Sequence record: NC_019521.1
DNA length: 64,000 bases
Strand: one strand, 5' to 3'
Position numbers and translations under genes: made by a program
Notes under the pieces: generated by a model
Seen by the model: the letters and a program-made list of their open reading frames with translations, nothing else
Database searches by the model: none
What the model was told of the DNA's origin: nothing
Part shown: positions 48,207 to 56,936 of the stretch, one piece after another
How positions within the stretch are numbered: position 1 is the first letter of the stretch
Layout: each line of letters starts with the position of its first letter

Positions 48207-48577
48207 TGACTATCGTTTATGACTCAAGGACTGGGAATATTGAACGATTCATTAACAAAGTAAAAGAACAAACTGGATGGACTTTCGTTAAGATTGATAA
48301 GAATCTTGTCATCGATGAGAAAGTCCATCTTGTTACTTATACTACAGGTTTCGGACACCTCCCAAATCCTACAAAGGCTTTTCTAGCAAATCAATCTAAT
48401 GTAAACAATTTACTTTCTGTATCAGTAAGTGGTAATCGTAACTGGGGACCTAATTTCGGTAAGGCTGGTGATATCATCTCAGATGAATACAACGTTCCGT
48501 TACTATTGAAATTCGAATTATCTGGTAATCCCTCTGAAATAGAAGCATTCATTGAAAACATTCAAAAATTCTCTTAA
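48206..48577 (+). CDS. nrdI: Class Ib RNR flavodoxin NrdI
   Basis: YDSRTGNIERF, TYTTGFG, SGNRNWGPNFGKAG, KFELSG. Confidence 0.92.
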   Translation: MTIVYDSRTGNIERFINKVKEQTGWTFVKIDKNLVIDEKVHLVTYTTGFGHLPNPTKAFLANQSNVNNLLSVSVSGNRNWGPNFGKAGDIISDEYNVPLLLKFELSGNPSEIEAFIENIQKFS

Positions 48578-48583
48578 TACAAT

Positions 48584-51166
48584 ATGAACAATCCTTGGAT
48601 TTTACTTAACAACCAGCTGTTAAATCGAGCTGAAGGAACAATCGATTTAGAAAAAGACAAAGAAGCCGCGAGACAATTCTTCCTAGGATATGTAAACAAG
48701 AATATGGTTTGGTTCCATTCGTTACATGAGAAACTATGTCATTTGGTTAACGAAGGTTACTATTTCGATATGTTTCAGAATTACGAATATGAAGAAATCA
48801 AGGAGGTATTTTCATTCGTATATTCTAAGAAATTTCGTTTCCAATCGTATATGGCTGCATTCTTATTTTACAAGAACTATGCAATGCGTGATGGAGAAAC
48901 AGATCAATTCTTTGAAAGATATGAAGATCGTATAGCTACAGTAGCATTATATACTTCAATTGATCTTAAAACTGGTAAAGGTGATTTACAAAAAGCTTTA
49001 GCACAAGCTGAAATCATGATTAATCAGGAATATCAACCTGCTACCCCGACATTCTCAAACGCTGGAAAACTTAAAGGTGGTGAATTGGTATCATGTTTCT
49101 TAGATGAAATCGGTGATTCTAAAGTTGGAATATCCAAATCTATTCAAGCCGCATTGGATTTATCTTCGATGGGTGGAGGTGTATCGTTTAACGTATCTAA
49201 ATTACGTGCACGTGGTGAAGCTATTAAAGGAATCGACGGAAGAGCTTCAGGTGTTTTACCAGTAATGAAAATCCTTGAAGATGCTTTTTCATATGCTAAT
49301 CAATTAGGACAACGTCCAGGTGCTGGAGCTGCTTATATCAATATCTTCCATTCAGATGTTGAAGAATTTCTAGATTCTAAGAAAATCAACGCTGACGAAA
49401 AATCACGTCTTAAATCGCTTTCGTTAGGTGTTATCGTTCCTGACAAATTCATGGAATTAGCTGAGAAGGATGAACCATTTTATGTTTTCTATCCATATAC
49501 AGTTAAGAAAGAATACGGTAAACATCTAGATGATTTGGATATCGATACAATGTATTCCGAATTAGTTTCTAATCCTAATGTTAAGAAACGTAAGTTAAAT
49601 GCTAGACGTATGTTAACTAAGATTGCACAAGTTCAGAAAGAATCAGGTTATCCATATTTCTTCTTGAAAACTAATGCTAACGAATATCATCCTTTGAAGA
49701 ATTTGGGAGACGTTAAGTTTTCTAATTTATGTTTTACTGGTGATACTTTAGTTAACATAATTACTAGAGATGGTCAATATGTTAAACGTACTATTGAAGA
49801 TTTATCTACAAATTTCGATCATGAAAAAGAAGGATGTATAACAGTACAGGGTGCGTATTGGTCCGATGATAAAGGTCAATGGGACTATGAATGGTTTTAT
49901 GCTACAGCTTTCCAGACAGGTTGGAAAAAAGTAATAAAACTTGAACTATCTAACGGTGGTAATATAAAATGTACACCCAATCATGAAATAGCTACAATTC
50001 ATGGAAAGTATGTCAAGGCTTCAGAATCGATTGGTTCTATTTTAGCTTCAGATTCTAATAATGTATATGTAACTGATATTAAAGAATTAAACGAATGTGT
50101 TCCAGTGTACGATTTGAATGTACAAGGCCCCCATAATTTTACTATTTCTGTAAGTGATAACGAATCGGTTTTAGTTCATAACTGTACCGAAATCATGCAA
50201 TATTCAGAAGTGTCAGAATACAATGATTACGATAAGCAACATAACGATAAAATCAATTACGGTATTTCATGTAACTTAGGTTCTCTAAACATCGCAACTG
50301 TTATGAAGAATTCTAAAGATACTAATCGTTTCGAAAGGATCATAAGTACTGCAATGGATTCTTTAACTCATGTAACTGATCGAACTAACATTGCTGCTGT
50401 TCCTGCTATTGCTAGAGCTAACAAACATTTCAGGTCTGTTGGATTAGGTGCTATGAATTTACATGGTTATCTTGCACAAAATGAAATCATGTTCGAATCT
50501 GATGAAGCTTTAGATTTCGTTAATGTATTCTTCGGAATGGTAAATTACTATTCATTGAAACGTTCCATGGAAATTAGTAGAGAACGTGATTGTGACACTT
50601 TCGAAGGATTTGATGAATCTGAATATGGAAATGGTAAGTACTTTGACAGATACATAGATAACTTCAATCTAGAACCTAAATTCGATAAAACTAGTGAGTT
50701 ATTCGAAGGTATCGAAATTCCAAGTTTACAAGATTGGGTTGACTTAAAGGATGATGTAATGAATTACGGTATCTATCATGCATATCGTTTAGCTATTGCA
50801 CCTAACCAGTCAACAGCTTACATTATGTCAGCCACTCCTTCGATAATGCCAATATCTGATCAAGTTGAAGTACGTGAATATGATCATTCGACAACCTTTT
50901 ATCCTATGCCTGGAATGAACGATGATAACATGTTCTTCTATAAATCAGCATACGATATGGATCAGTTTAAGGTATTACGTTTAGTATCAGTTATTCAACG
51001 TCATATCGATCAAGGAATTTCATGTATTTTACATACAAATTCTGAAGATGATACCGCATTAATGGCAAGATATTACATCTACGCTTGGAAGATGAAACTG
51101 AAATCGTTGTATTATACACGAACTCGTAAATCCTCTATTGACGGATGTATATCCTGTTCAGCTTAA
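48584..51166 (+). CDS. nrdE: Class Ib ribonucleotide reductase alpha subunit, intein-containing
   Basis: YQPATPTF, LVSCF, GGGV, GQRPGAG, SNL-C..TE, LYYTR, C-terminal CISC; no ATP cone. Confidence 0.93.
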   Translation: MNNPWILLNNQLLNRAEGTIDLEKDKEAARQFFLGYVNKNMVWFHSLHEKLCHLVNEGYYFDMFQNYEYEEIKEVFSFVYSKKFRFQSYMAAFLFYKNYAMRDGETDQFFERYEDRIATVALYTSIDLKTGKGDLQKALAQAEIMINQEYQPATPTFSNAGKLKGGELVSCFLDEIGDSKVGISKSIQAALDLSSMGGGVSFNVSKLRARGEAIKGIDGRASGVLPVMKILEDAFSYANQLGQRPGAGAAYINIFHSDVEEFLDSKKINADEKSRLKSLSLGVIVPDKFMELAEKDEPFYVFYPYTVKKEYGKHLDDLDIDTMYSELVSNPNVKKRKLNARRMLTKIAQVQKESGYPYFFLKTNANEYHPLKNLGDVKFSNLCFTGDTLVNIITRDGQYVKRTIEDLSTNFDHEKEGCITVQGAYWSDDKGQWDYEWFYATAFQTGWKKVIKLELSNGGNIKCTPNHEIATIHGKYVKASESIGSILASDSNNVYVTDIKELNECVPVYDLNVQGPHNFTISVSDNESVLVHNCTEIMQYSEVSEYNDYDKQHNDKINYGISCNLGSLNIATVMKNSKDTNRFERIISTAMDSLTHVTDRTNIAAVPAIARANKHFRSVGLGAMNLHGYLAQNEIMFESDEALDFVNVFFGMVNYYSLKRSMEISRERDCDTFEGFDESEYGNGKYFDRYIDNFNLEPKFDKTSELFEGIEIPSLQDWVDLKDDVMNYGIYHAYRLAIAPNQSTAYIMSATPSIMPISDQVEVREYDHSTTFYPMPGMNDDNMFFYKSAYDMDQFKVLRLVSVIQRHIDQGISCILHTNSEDDTALMARYYIYAWKMKLKSLYYTRTRKSSIDGCISCSA
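49730..50182 (+). mobile_element. 151-aa mini-intein in NrdE (no homing endonuclease)
   Basis: SNL|CFTGDTLV (block A), CTPNH (block B), VYDLNVQGPHNF (block F), VLVHN|C (block G); the +1 Cys is the RNR catalytic Cys. Confidence 0.93.
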
Positions 51167-51171
51167 AAACT

Positions 51172-51213
51172 AAACCCATGTAACTGAAACTTACATGGGT
51201 TTCTTAGTAAGAT
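51172..51213 (+). repeat. Hairpin-promoter cassette 6 (TATACATA at 51213)
   Basis: 32 bp identical to cassettes 1 and 8; -10 TAAGAT. Confidence 0.85.
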
Positions 51214-51237
51214 ATACATACTATTAAAAATAACTAA

Positions 51238-51915
51238 ATGAAAACACTTACTAAGATATACGAAAGTCTTTCATAGATTAATGTCGGTGATTATGTAAAA
51301 CTTACAGGATATGATAAAGATTACAGAGAAGCTGTAAGAGATTCTATAACACAAAATTTACTTGGTTTCGAATTCAATGGTGATAGAATTGCATGGGTAG
51401 CTGCTGCTAAATACATAAACGATGCTGTAATGCAAGTTACAGGAATAGAAGATTCTAATTGGGGTGTTCGTGCTAATCTTGAATTGTCGACAGGTGTAAG
51501 TCCTGAGAAACGTAGAATGTCTATCCCTTTAACATTCTTATCACCTGCTTCAAAATCGGAAGTTAAATCATGGTATGACATGAAATTCGATGACTATATC
51601 AAAGAATATGGTACACCTAAAATTCTATCAGAAAAAGAATTTAAAGAAAGACAATCAGTACCAAGTTCTAAAATGTTCCTAGTAACAAAACCATTTACGT
51701 TTAAAGGTAAACATGGTCAACTTAAATTCAGTAAGAATGATATAGCTAAATACTGGAATCAGAGTGGTAGTTTGGGTGACTTATTTACAGTAACTAATGT
51801 TACCACTGATAAATCTGATTCTAAAATGGAAACCGGTTATTCTGATACTCAAAATACTTCTGACAATCTTAAAGAATTGACTTATAAAGATTACGTAAAG
51901 TACATAAATAAATAA
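51238..51915 (+). pseudogene. Internal-head-protein-like gene interrupted by one in-frame TAG (51274-51276)
   Basis: MKTLTKIYESLS*INVGDYVKLTG.. continues in frame into the track ORF 51430-51915. Confidence 0.7.
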
Positions 51916-51935
51916 TTGTTTTAGTATTTTTAAAA

Positions 51936-51979
51936 GAAACCCTCGGAAACTGAAACTTTCGAGGGTTTCGTAGTATAAT
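51936..51979 (+). repeat. Hairpin-promoter cassette 7
   Basis: gaaaccctcggaaactgaaactttcgagggtttcgtagtataat. Confidence 0.85.
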
Positions 51980-52007
51980 ATATACTAATAACAAATATAT
52001 TTCAACT

Positions 52008-52712
52008 ATGAATACTATTTACAATCACCCATGTACTAATGAAGAACTTTTAACTATCGCTCTAGACAGAGTTAACTCTAACATTAAAGGAAAATGGCTT
52101 CATGTTTCAAGTCAATTCAATAACTTTGACAATGATTTTGAATACTATCTAGAAAAACCTATCTATACAGAATTCAAAGACAAATACGGAAACATTAATA
52201 CTGGTTATATTACTGTAATCGAATGTGAGAAATCACTATTCATTAATAAGTGGGAATTCAGTTTATTAGTAATATCTTCAGAAGGTCATGACAAAACTGT
52301 TACAAAAACGAATTCAGGTTTTCATTATACGAAAACTGATAACATAAAAGATCATTATCTTTTCAATTCTAGAAATGCTGTTGTAAGCTGTTCTAAACGT
52401 AACACTTTAAACAAAGCTGATTGGGATTTAATCGTTAGCATAACTAAAACTTTGAAAGTTGACGATTTCTTAAATTCTGGAAATGTATCACCTGAAACTA
52501 AACGTGATATAGTTAATAACAGAATTACATCAGATGGTGGAAATGTTACCTTTCATGATCATGATGATTTGATTCTTTTCACAGAACCGGATAATAGTAA
52601 GGTTTACACTTACTTAGATGTTGAACCTTCTGAAATGTTTCCAGATGGAAAACATAAGTTTCTAGCATCTAACGAACAAATAGATATCGCTTACAATAAA
52701 ATCGTAAAATAA
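52008..52712 (+). CDS. Hypothetical early protein
   Basis: TTCAACT-ATG start; bracketed by two cassettes. Confidence 0.7.
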   Translation: MNTIYNHPCTNEELLTIALDRVNSNIKGKWLHVSSQFNNFDNDFEYYLEKPIYTEFKDKYGNINTGYITVIECEKSLFINKWEFSLLVISSEGHDKTVTKTNSGFHYTKTDNIKDHYLFNSRNAVVSCSKRNTLNKADWDLIVSITKTLKVDDFLNSGNVSPETKRDIVNNRITSDGGNVTFHDHDDLILFTEPDNSKVYTYLDVEPSEMFPDGKHKFLASNEQIDIAYNKIVK

Positions 52713-52715
52713 ATC

Positions 52716-52759
52716 AGAAACCCATGTAACTGAAACTTACATGGGTTTCTTAGTATAAT
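52716..52759 (+). repeat. Hairpin-promoter cassette 8
   Basis: agaaacccatgtaa-ctgaaac-ttacatgggtttct then tagtataat. Confidence 0.85.
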
Positions 52760-52788
52760 ATTTCTTTATCAATGGTATATTAAACATC

Positions 52789-53163
52789 ATGAAATTCGAA
52801 ACAGTTACATTAGGTATTTCAAATAAGGAAATCGAAAGTCTAAAGACTTATAATATAGACCCTCAAACAGAACTTAAACGTAGACTTCTTGAAGAATTTG
52901 CAGCAGAGTTAGCTAATACTGAATTAGATTTGACAAAGGATCATATAGTCAAACTATCAGTTGAAGAATCTGAATATGTTAACTTTCATCACTTACAAGT
53001 TGGCGAAACCTATCATGTTGTAAATGGTTGTTGGGATTTCAAAGTTCTTGAATTACATGAAAAGTCTGTTAAGATTCTTATATACGATGGTGATGACACT
53101 GAAAAGACTTGGACTAGAAATGAATTTTCTTCTAACAACGTAACATTATCATCAAATGATTAA
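52789..53163 (+). CDS. Hypothetical protein
   Basis: After cassette. Confidence 0.65.
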   Translation: MKFETVTLGISNKEIESLKTYNIDPQTELKRRLLEEFAAELANTELDLTKDHIVKLSVEESEYVNFHHLQVGETYHVVNGCWDFKVLELHEKSVKILIYDGDDTEKTWTRNEFSSNNVTLSSND

Positions 53164-53467
53164 ATTCGTAAAATCTTTATTCGAACCTAAACCGTTCACT
53201 ATCGAAACTCTTATAGCTGATTCAGACGGAACTTGGAATGTTTCTGTATCAAGATTATCAGAAAACTCTTATTCGTATAAAGCTGCTGGATATTTCTTTA
53301 GTTCACATAATAACGAAATAATAGATATTGACAAAGTTAAGAAAGTCATGAAGAAATCTAGATGGGGTTATCTAGCAATTGAACGTGACGGTAAGATGAA
53401 AACATTTACAGATTCTGATAAAATTCGAGAGTTTCTTAAATCGAATGAACATTTAATTCAAAGATAA
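53156..53467 (+). CDS. Hypothetical protein
   Basis: ORF track. Confidence 0.65.
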   Translation: MIKFVKSLFEPKPFTIETLIADSDGTWNVSVSRLSENSYSYKAAGYFFSSHNNEIIDIDKVKKVMKKSRWGYLAIERDGKMKTFTDSDKIREFLKSNEHLIQR

Positions 53468-53814
53468 TGAATACAATATACTTTAGAGGTAAAGACATTT
53501 TAACAGGATCATGGGTTTACGGTTACTACTATAAACATAATGAAGTTCATGGTATATTTACACCCGGTCGAGGTTCTGAAAGAGTAACTTTAGAAACTGT
53601 TGGTCAACTAGTTTACGAATTAGATGATACTATGGTTTTCGTTGGTGATATTATGACTAATCCGAGAGGTCAGAAATTTGAAGTCGTAATATACGACAAC
53701 TTACCTAGCCTTAAACCAATCGATAGACAACAGTATAATGCTATGTCTAACGGTTATATGCAGAACAAAACATTGATTGGAAACAAATTCGATAATCCTG
53801 AATTACTTAAATAA
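53467..53814 (+). CDS. YopX-family protein
   Basis: IYFRGK..WVYG, VFVGDI, IGNKFDNPELL. Confidence 0.75.
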   Translation: MNTIYFRGKDILTGSWVYGYYYKHNEVHGIFTPGRGSERVTLETVGQLVYELDDTMVFVGDIMTNPRGQKFEVVIYDNLPSLKPIDRQQYNAMSNGYMQNKTLIGNKFDNPELLK

Positions 53815-54047
53815 TGAAACCAGAAAATTTCGATATAGAAAAAGTAAAAGAACATTTACAAGGTACTTGCATGTCTTTAGATGAAGGCTTATCAGACTTA
53901 TATCCAGACATGGATCAGTTTGACTTAGAAATGTCAGATCATGAAGCTATAGACATGGAAATGTTTAGATGTGATGGTTGTGGATGGTGGTTTGATAACT
54001 CAGAAATGGGTGAAGAAGAATGTCAAGATTGTGAAGAAACAGAATAA
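53814..54047 (+). CDS. Small acidic zinc-finger protein
   Basis: FRCDGCGWW..ECQDC. Confidence 0.65.
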   Translation: MKPENFDIEKVKEHLQGTCMSLDEGLSDLYPDMDQFDLEMSDHEAIDMEMFRCDGCGWWFDNSEMGEEECQDCEETE

Positions 54048-54049
54048 AA

Positions 54050-54577
54050 ATGAAAAACGAATCAAAAACTATATCAGCTAAAGCTATAGCAACTGGAAAG
54101 GTTTATCATTCAGGTGAAAATAAATGCATCAGACTAAAAGATTTAACAATCGGGGAATTAGCTGACAAACTTAAAACTTCTTCAGATTTTCGAGATAATT
54201 CAGAATCGTATCATTTTCGCTTGTTCTCTGATAACGAAATTGAAATGATAAGGGATAATTATCCACATTTATTAGAAGGTCATGAAGTTATCGACATACC
54301 CTTAGAAGTAGGTTACTGTGTGATTGATAGAGAAATTGATCAGTTATACAAGATTTATAGAAATGATATAATATCCGAAGAAGATGGAGAACTTTATACA
54401 GTTGTTAGAAAGTATAACGGTTCTAATCTTAAATCGATTATGAACGGATTTTCTTCTGAATTGTATTTTGTTAAATCCTCAAAACTTGAATTCATTTCTA
54501 CCGAAGAACTTAGAAATCTTAGAAATCTTGGATATCATATGAAACATGATCGCGGTGATTCATATCTAGTTTGCTAG
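54050..54577 (+). CDS. Hypothetical protein
   Basis: ORF track. Confidence 0.65.
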   Translation: MKNESKTISAKAIATGKVYHSGENKCIRLKDLTIGELADKLKTSSDFRDNSESYHFRLFSDNEIEMIRDNYPHLLEGHEVIDIPLEVGYCVIDREIDQLYKIYRNDIISEEDGELYTVVRKYNGSNLKSIMNGFSSELYFVKSSKLEFISTEELRNLRNLGYHMKHDRGDSYLVC

Positions 54578-54579
54578 AT

Positions 54580-54587
54580 TATACATA
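54580..54587 (+). promoter_or_regulatory. TATACATA late-type promoter motif
   Basis: Exact octamer upstream of nrdF. Confidence 0.5.
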
Positions 54588-54608
54588 TTACTGATACTTA
54601 TTTTTAAC

Positions 54609-55604
54609 ATGACCGATAAAAAATATACTGCTGTAAACTGGAACAATCCAGATAACGATTATGCCCAAATGTTCTGGGATCAAAATATTAAACAATTCTG
54701 GATCGATACAGAATATGTACCTTCTAACGATATAACTTCTTGGAAGTCGTTAGAACCTGAAATGAAGAAAACATACATGAGAGCTTTAGGAGGTCTTACA
54801 TTACTTGACACTTTACAAAGTCATACAGGTATGCCTAAGATCATAGATCATATCGACTCTCTACAAAACAAAGCTGTATTATCGTATATGTGTATGATGG
54901 AAGCGATACATGCTAAATCATACTCAACGATATTTACAACAGTAGCTAATAAAGATGAAATCGATGAAATCTTTAGTTGGATAACTACAAACCCTCAGAT
55001 TCAATATAAAGCTAGTGTTATCGATTCTTACTATCAAAAGTTAGCAAATCCTGAAGTCGATCCAAAGGATTTATTCATGGGGTTAGCTGCATCAGTAATG
55101 TTAGAATCATTTCTATTTTATTCTGGATTCTTTTTACCATTATATCTTTCTGGTAACGGTAAGATGAAAGCTTCAGCTGATATCATTAAGAAAATCGTAG
55201 CTGATGAATCTATTCATGGTGTATTCGTTGGATTACTTGCACAAGAAGTTTACAACACTTTCGATGATACTACAAAGAAAGAATTAAAAGATGAACTGTT
55301 AAGAACTATTTACAGTTTATACGAAAACGAAGCTAAGTATACTGATTACATTTATACCGAAGTTGGATTATCTTCAGATGTAAAAGAATACGTTAAATAC
55401 AATGCTAATAAAGCTTTGATGAATCTTGGATTCGATCCAGAATTCACACATGGTGAAATAAATCCAATCGTATTGAATGGACTTAACACCGAAACAACTC
55501 AACATGATTTCTTTTCTATGAAATCTACTAATTACGAAATGGCTATTAATGTAAAACCAGTACATAATGAAGATTTCGAATTAGACTTAAGCTGTCCAAT
55601 CTAG
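54609..55604 (+). CDS. nrdF: Class Ib ribonucleotide reductase beta subunit
   Basis: AVNWN, GLTLLD, EAIHAKSY, ESFLFYSGF, DESIHG; all metal ligands intact. Confidence 0.93.
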   Translation: MTDKKYTAVNWNNPDNDYAQMFWDQNIKQFWIDTEYVPSNDITSWKSLEPEMKKTYMRALGGLTLLDTLQSHTGMPKIIDHIDSLQNKAVLSYMCMMEAIHAKSYSTIFTTVANKDEIDEIFSWITTNPQIQYKASVIDSYYQKLANPEVDPKDLFMGLAASVMLESFLFYSGFFLPLYLSGNGKMKASADIIKKIVADESIHGVFVGLLAQEVYNTFDDTTKKELKDELLRTIYSLYENEAKYTDYIYTEVGLSSDVKEYVKYNANKALMNLGFDPEFTHGEINPIVLNGLNTETTQHDFFSMKSTNYEMAINVKPVHNEDFELDLSCPI

Positions 55605-55648
55605 GCAAATTATCAATCGACGTTTTGGAACAACGTTCATATCCTTCG

Positions 55649-55674
55649 AACCCTTACATTAACTTGTAAGGGTT
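55649..55674 (+). terminator. Terminator, 10-bp stem
   Basis: aacccttaca-ttaact-tgtaagggtt then a T-run. Confidence 0.75.
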
Positions 55675-55682
55675 TTTCTGTT

Positions 55683-55690
55683 TATACATA
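55683..55690 (+). promoter_or_regulatory. TATACATA late-type promoter motif
   Basis: Heads the structural gene block. Confidence 0.55.
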
Positions 55691-55694
55691 ATCT

Positions 55695-56936
55695 ATGATA
55701 GGAATATTAAACGATAGTAATTTTTCTTTAGCTAGTCTTGATAACGTTCATAACTATGAACTTATGGTTAGGGCTATAGCTAATAAAACTGTAACACATC
55801 ACGTTTCAGCAATTGAAAGATTCAAATCAAGCCCTTACGTAGACGATCCATTATTTCTAGGATATCGACCACTGTTTCATTATACGGTAAATTCTGGATT
55901 ATTAGCACCAGAGGAATTCACAGATTCAGCTTTAGCTTATCTGAAAAGAATCGGTGAGGAAACTAGATATGAAGCGTTAAAACAGTTTATCAGACAATTA
56001 CAAAAAGTTAATGTCGATATGCCATACATGTTTCAAACTATCGAAGGGTTAGCAGAAGCTAAGAATAACTTCAATAAAACTATATTGAAAGAAAACAATA
56101 TAATTTCTTTTGGTATGCTTGAAACTTTAGATATGCGAATTCAAGGATTGATTCAATCTTATCAAAACATAGCATATGATTCGATAAGACATGTATGGGT
56201 TCTTCCAAGAAATCTTAGACAATTTTCTATATCTATTGTCGTATATCCTATCGGTGTTTATAATGTTGGAACTAATCTTGAAGCTGAATCAATCCCAAAC
56301 GCTAAATCGGATGGAACTGGATTCAAGAAACCTGCTGACAATATTTTAGCGTTTAATCATTTAATGTTTGAATTCGCTCAATGTGAATTCGATATTGAAA
56401 GTTCAGGGCAGACATTTATAGAAAGTGTTAATAACGCTGAGATAGAAATGGCTACAACTTCATTAGCTTTCAAATATACTAGAGTAAGACAATCCGGTGT
56501 ATTCAAATCTTTACTTGGTCAAAAAGTAATATCACCTTCCTCTTTCGCTATCATAAATGCTGTAAAAGAAAAACAATCAGGTAACAGAATTCTCAATTTT
56601 GTTAAGGATGCAGCAGCACCAGTTCTAAGAGATATAAATCAGTTAAAGGAAAGATTCAAATCGTTAGAAGATTTCAAAGCTGGTTTCGGTGAACTATTTG
56701 GATCAGCTAGAGAATATCTTGAAAGGAACGCACAAGCCTTTCTAACGAATCAAATCAATAGATTATATCTTGGAAACGTTTACGAAACTTCACCCGCTGA
56801 TATAGTAGCTATGGCTAATTCTAGAACATTTGAAAATCTATTGATAAATTCTGGAAGAGCCTTTAATAACGATTCTAGACGTGGAACTTCTGGACAAGGT
56901 ACACCACCAAACGAAAACATATATGGACAATCTTAA
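55695..56936 (+). CDS. Probable virion structural protein (tail-tube/baseplate-related, tentative)
   Basis: 413-aa ORF in the late block; family not recognised with confidence. Confidence 0.4.
   Translation: MIGILNDSNFSLASLDNVHNYELMVRAIANKTVTHHVSAIERFKSSPYVDDPLFLGYRPLFHYTVNSGLLAPEEFTDSALAYLKRIGEETRYEALKQFIRQLQKVNVDMPYMFQTIEGLAEAKNNFNKTILKENNIISFGMLETLDMRIQGLIQSYQNIAYDSIRHVWVLPRNLRQFSISIVVYPIGVYNVGTNLEAESIPNAKSDGTGFKKPADNILAFNHLMFEFAQCEFDIESSGQTFIESVNNAEIEMATTSLAFKYTRVRQSGVFKSLLGQKVISPSSFAIINAVKEKQSGNRILNFVKDAAAPVLRDINQLKERFKSLEDFKAGFGELFGSAREYLERNAQAFLTNQINRLYLGNVYETSPADIVAMANSRTFENLLINSGRAFNNDSRRGTSGQGTPPNENIYGQS

Noticed and set aside
49730-50182. Homing endonuclease in the intein
   Set aside because: Only 151 aa; no LAGLIDADG or HNH motifs.
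51274-51276. Genome-wide TAG reassignment (code 15)
   Set aside because: TAG ends intact genes such as nrdF (55604), the HAD phosphatase (34186) and the glucosaminidase (34923), and long genes contain no internal TAG.
18376-52759. Repeated ~35-bp palindromic units as a CRISPR array
   Set aside because: Copies are dispersed kilobases apart with genes between them, not spacer-separated; no cas genes seen.
54609-55604. Metal-free class Ie R2 subunit
   Set aside because: All carboxylate ligands (D, EAIH, E, DESIH) are intact.
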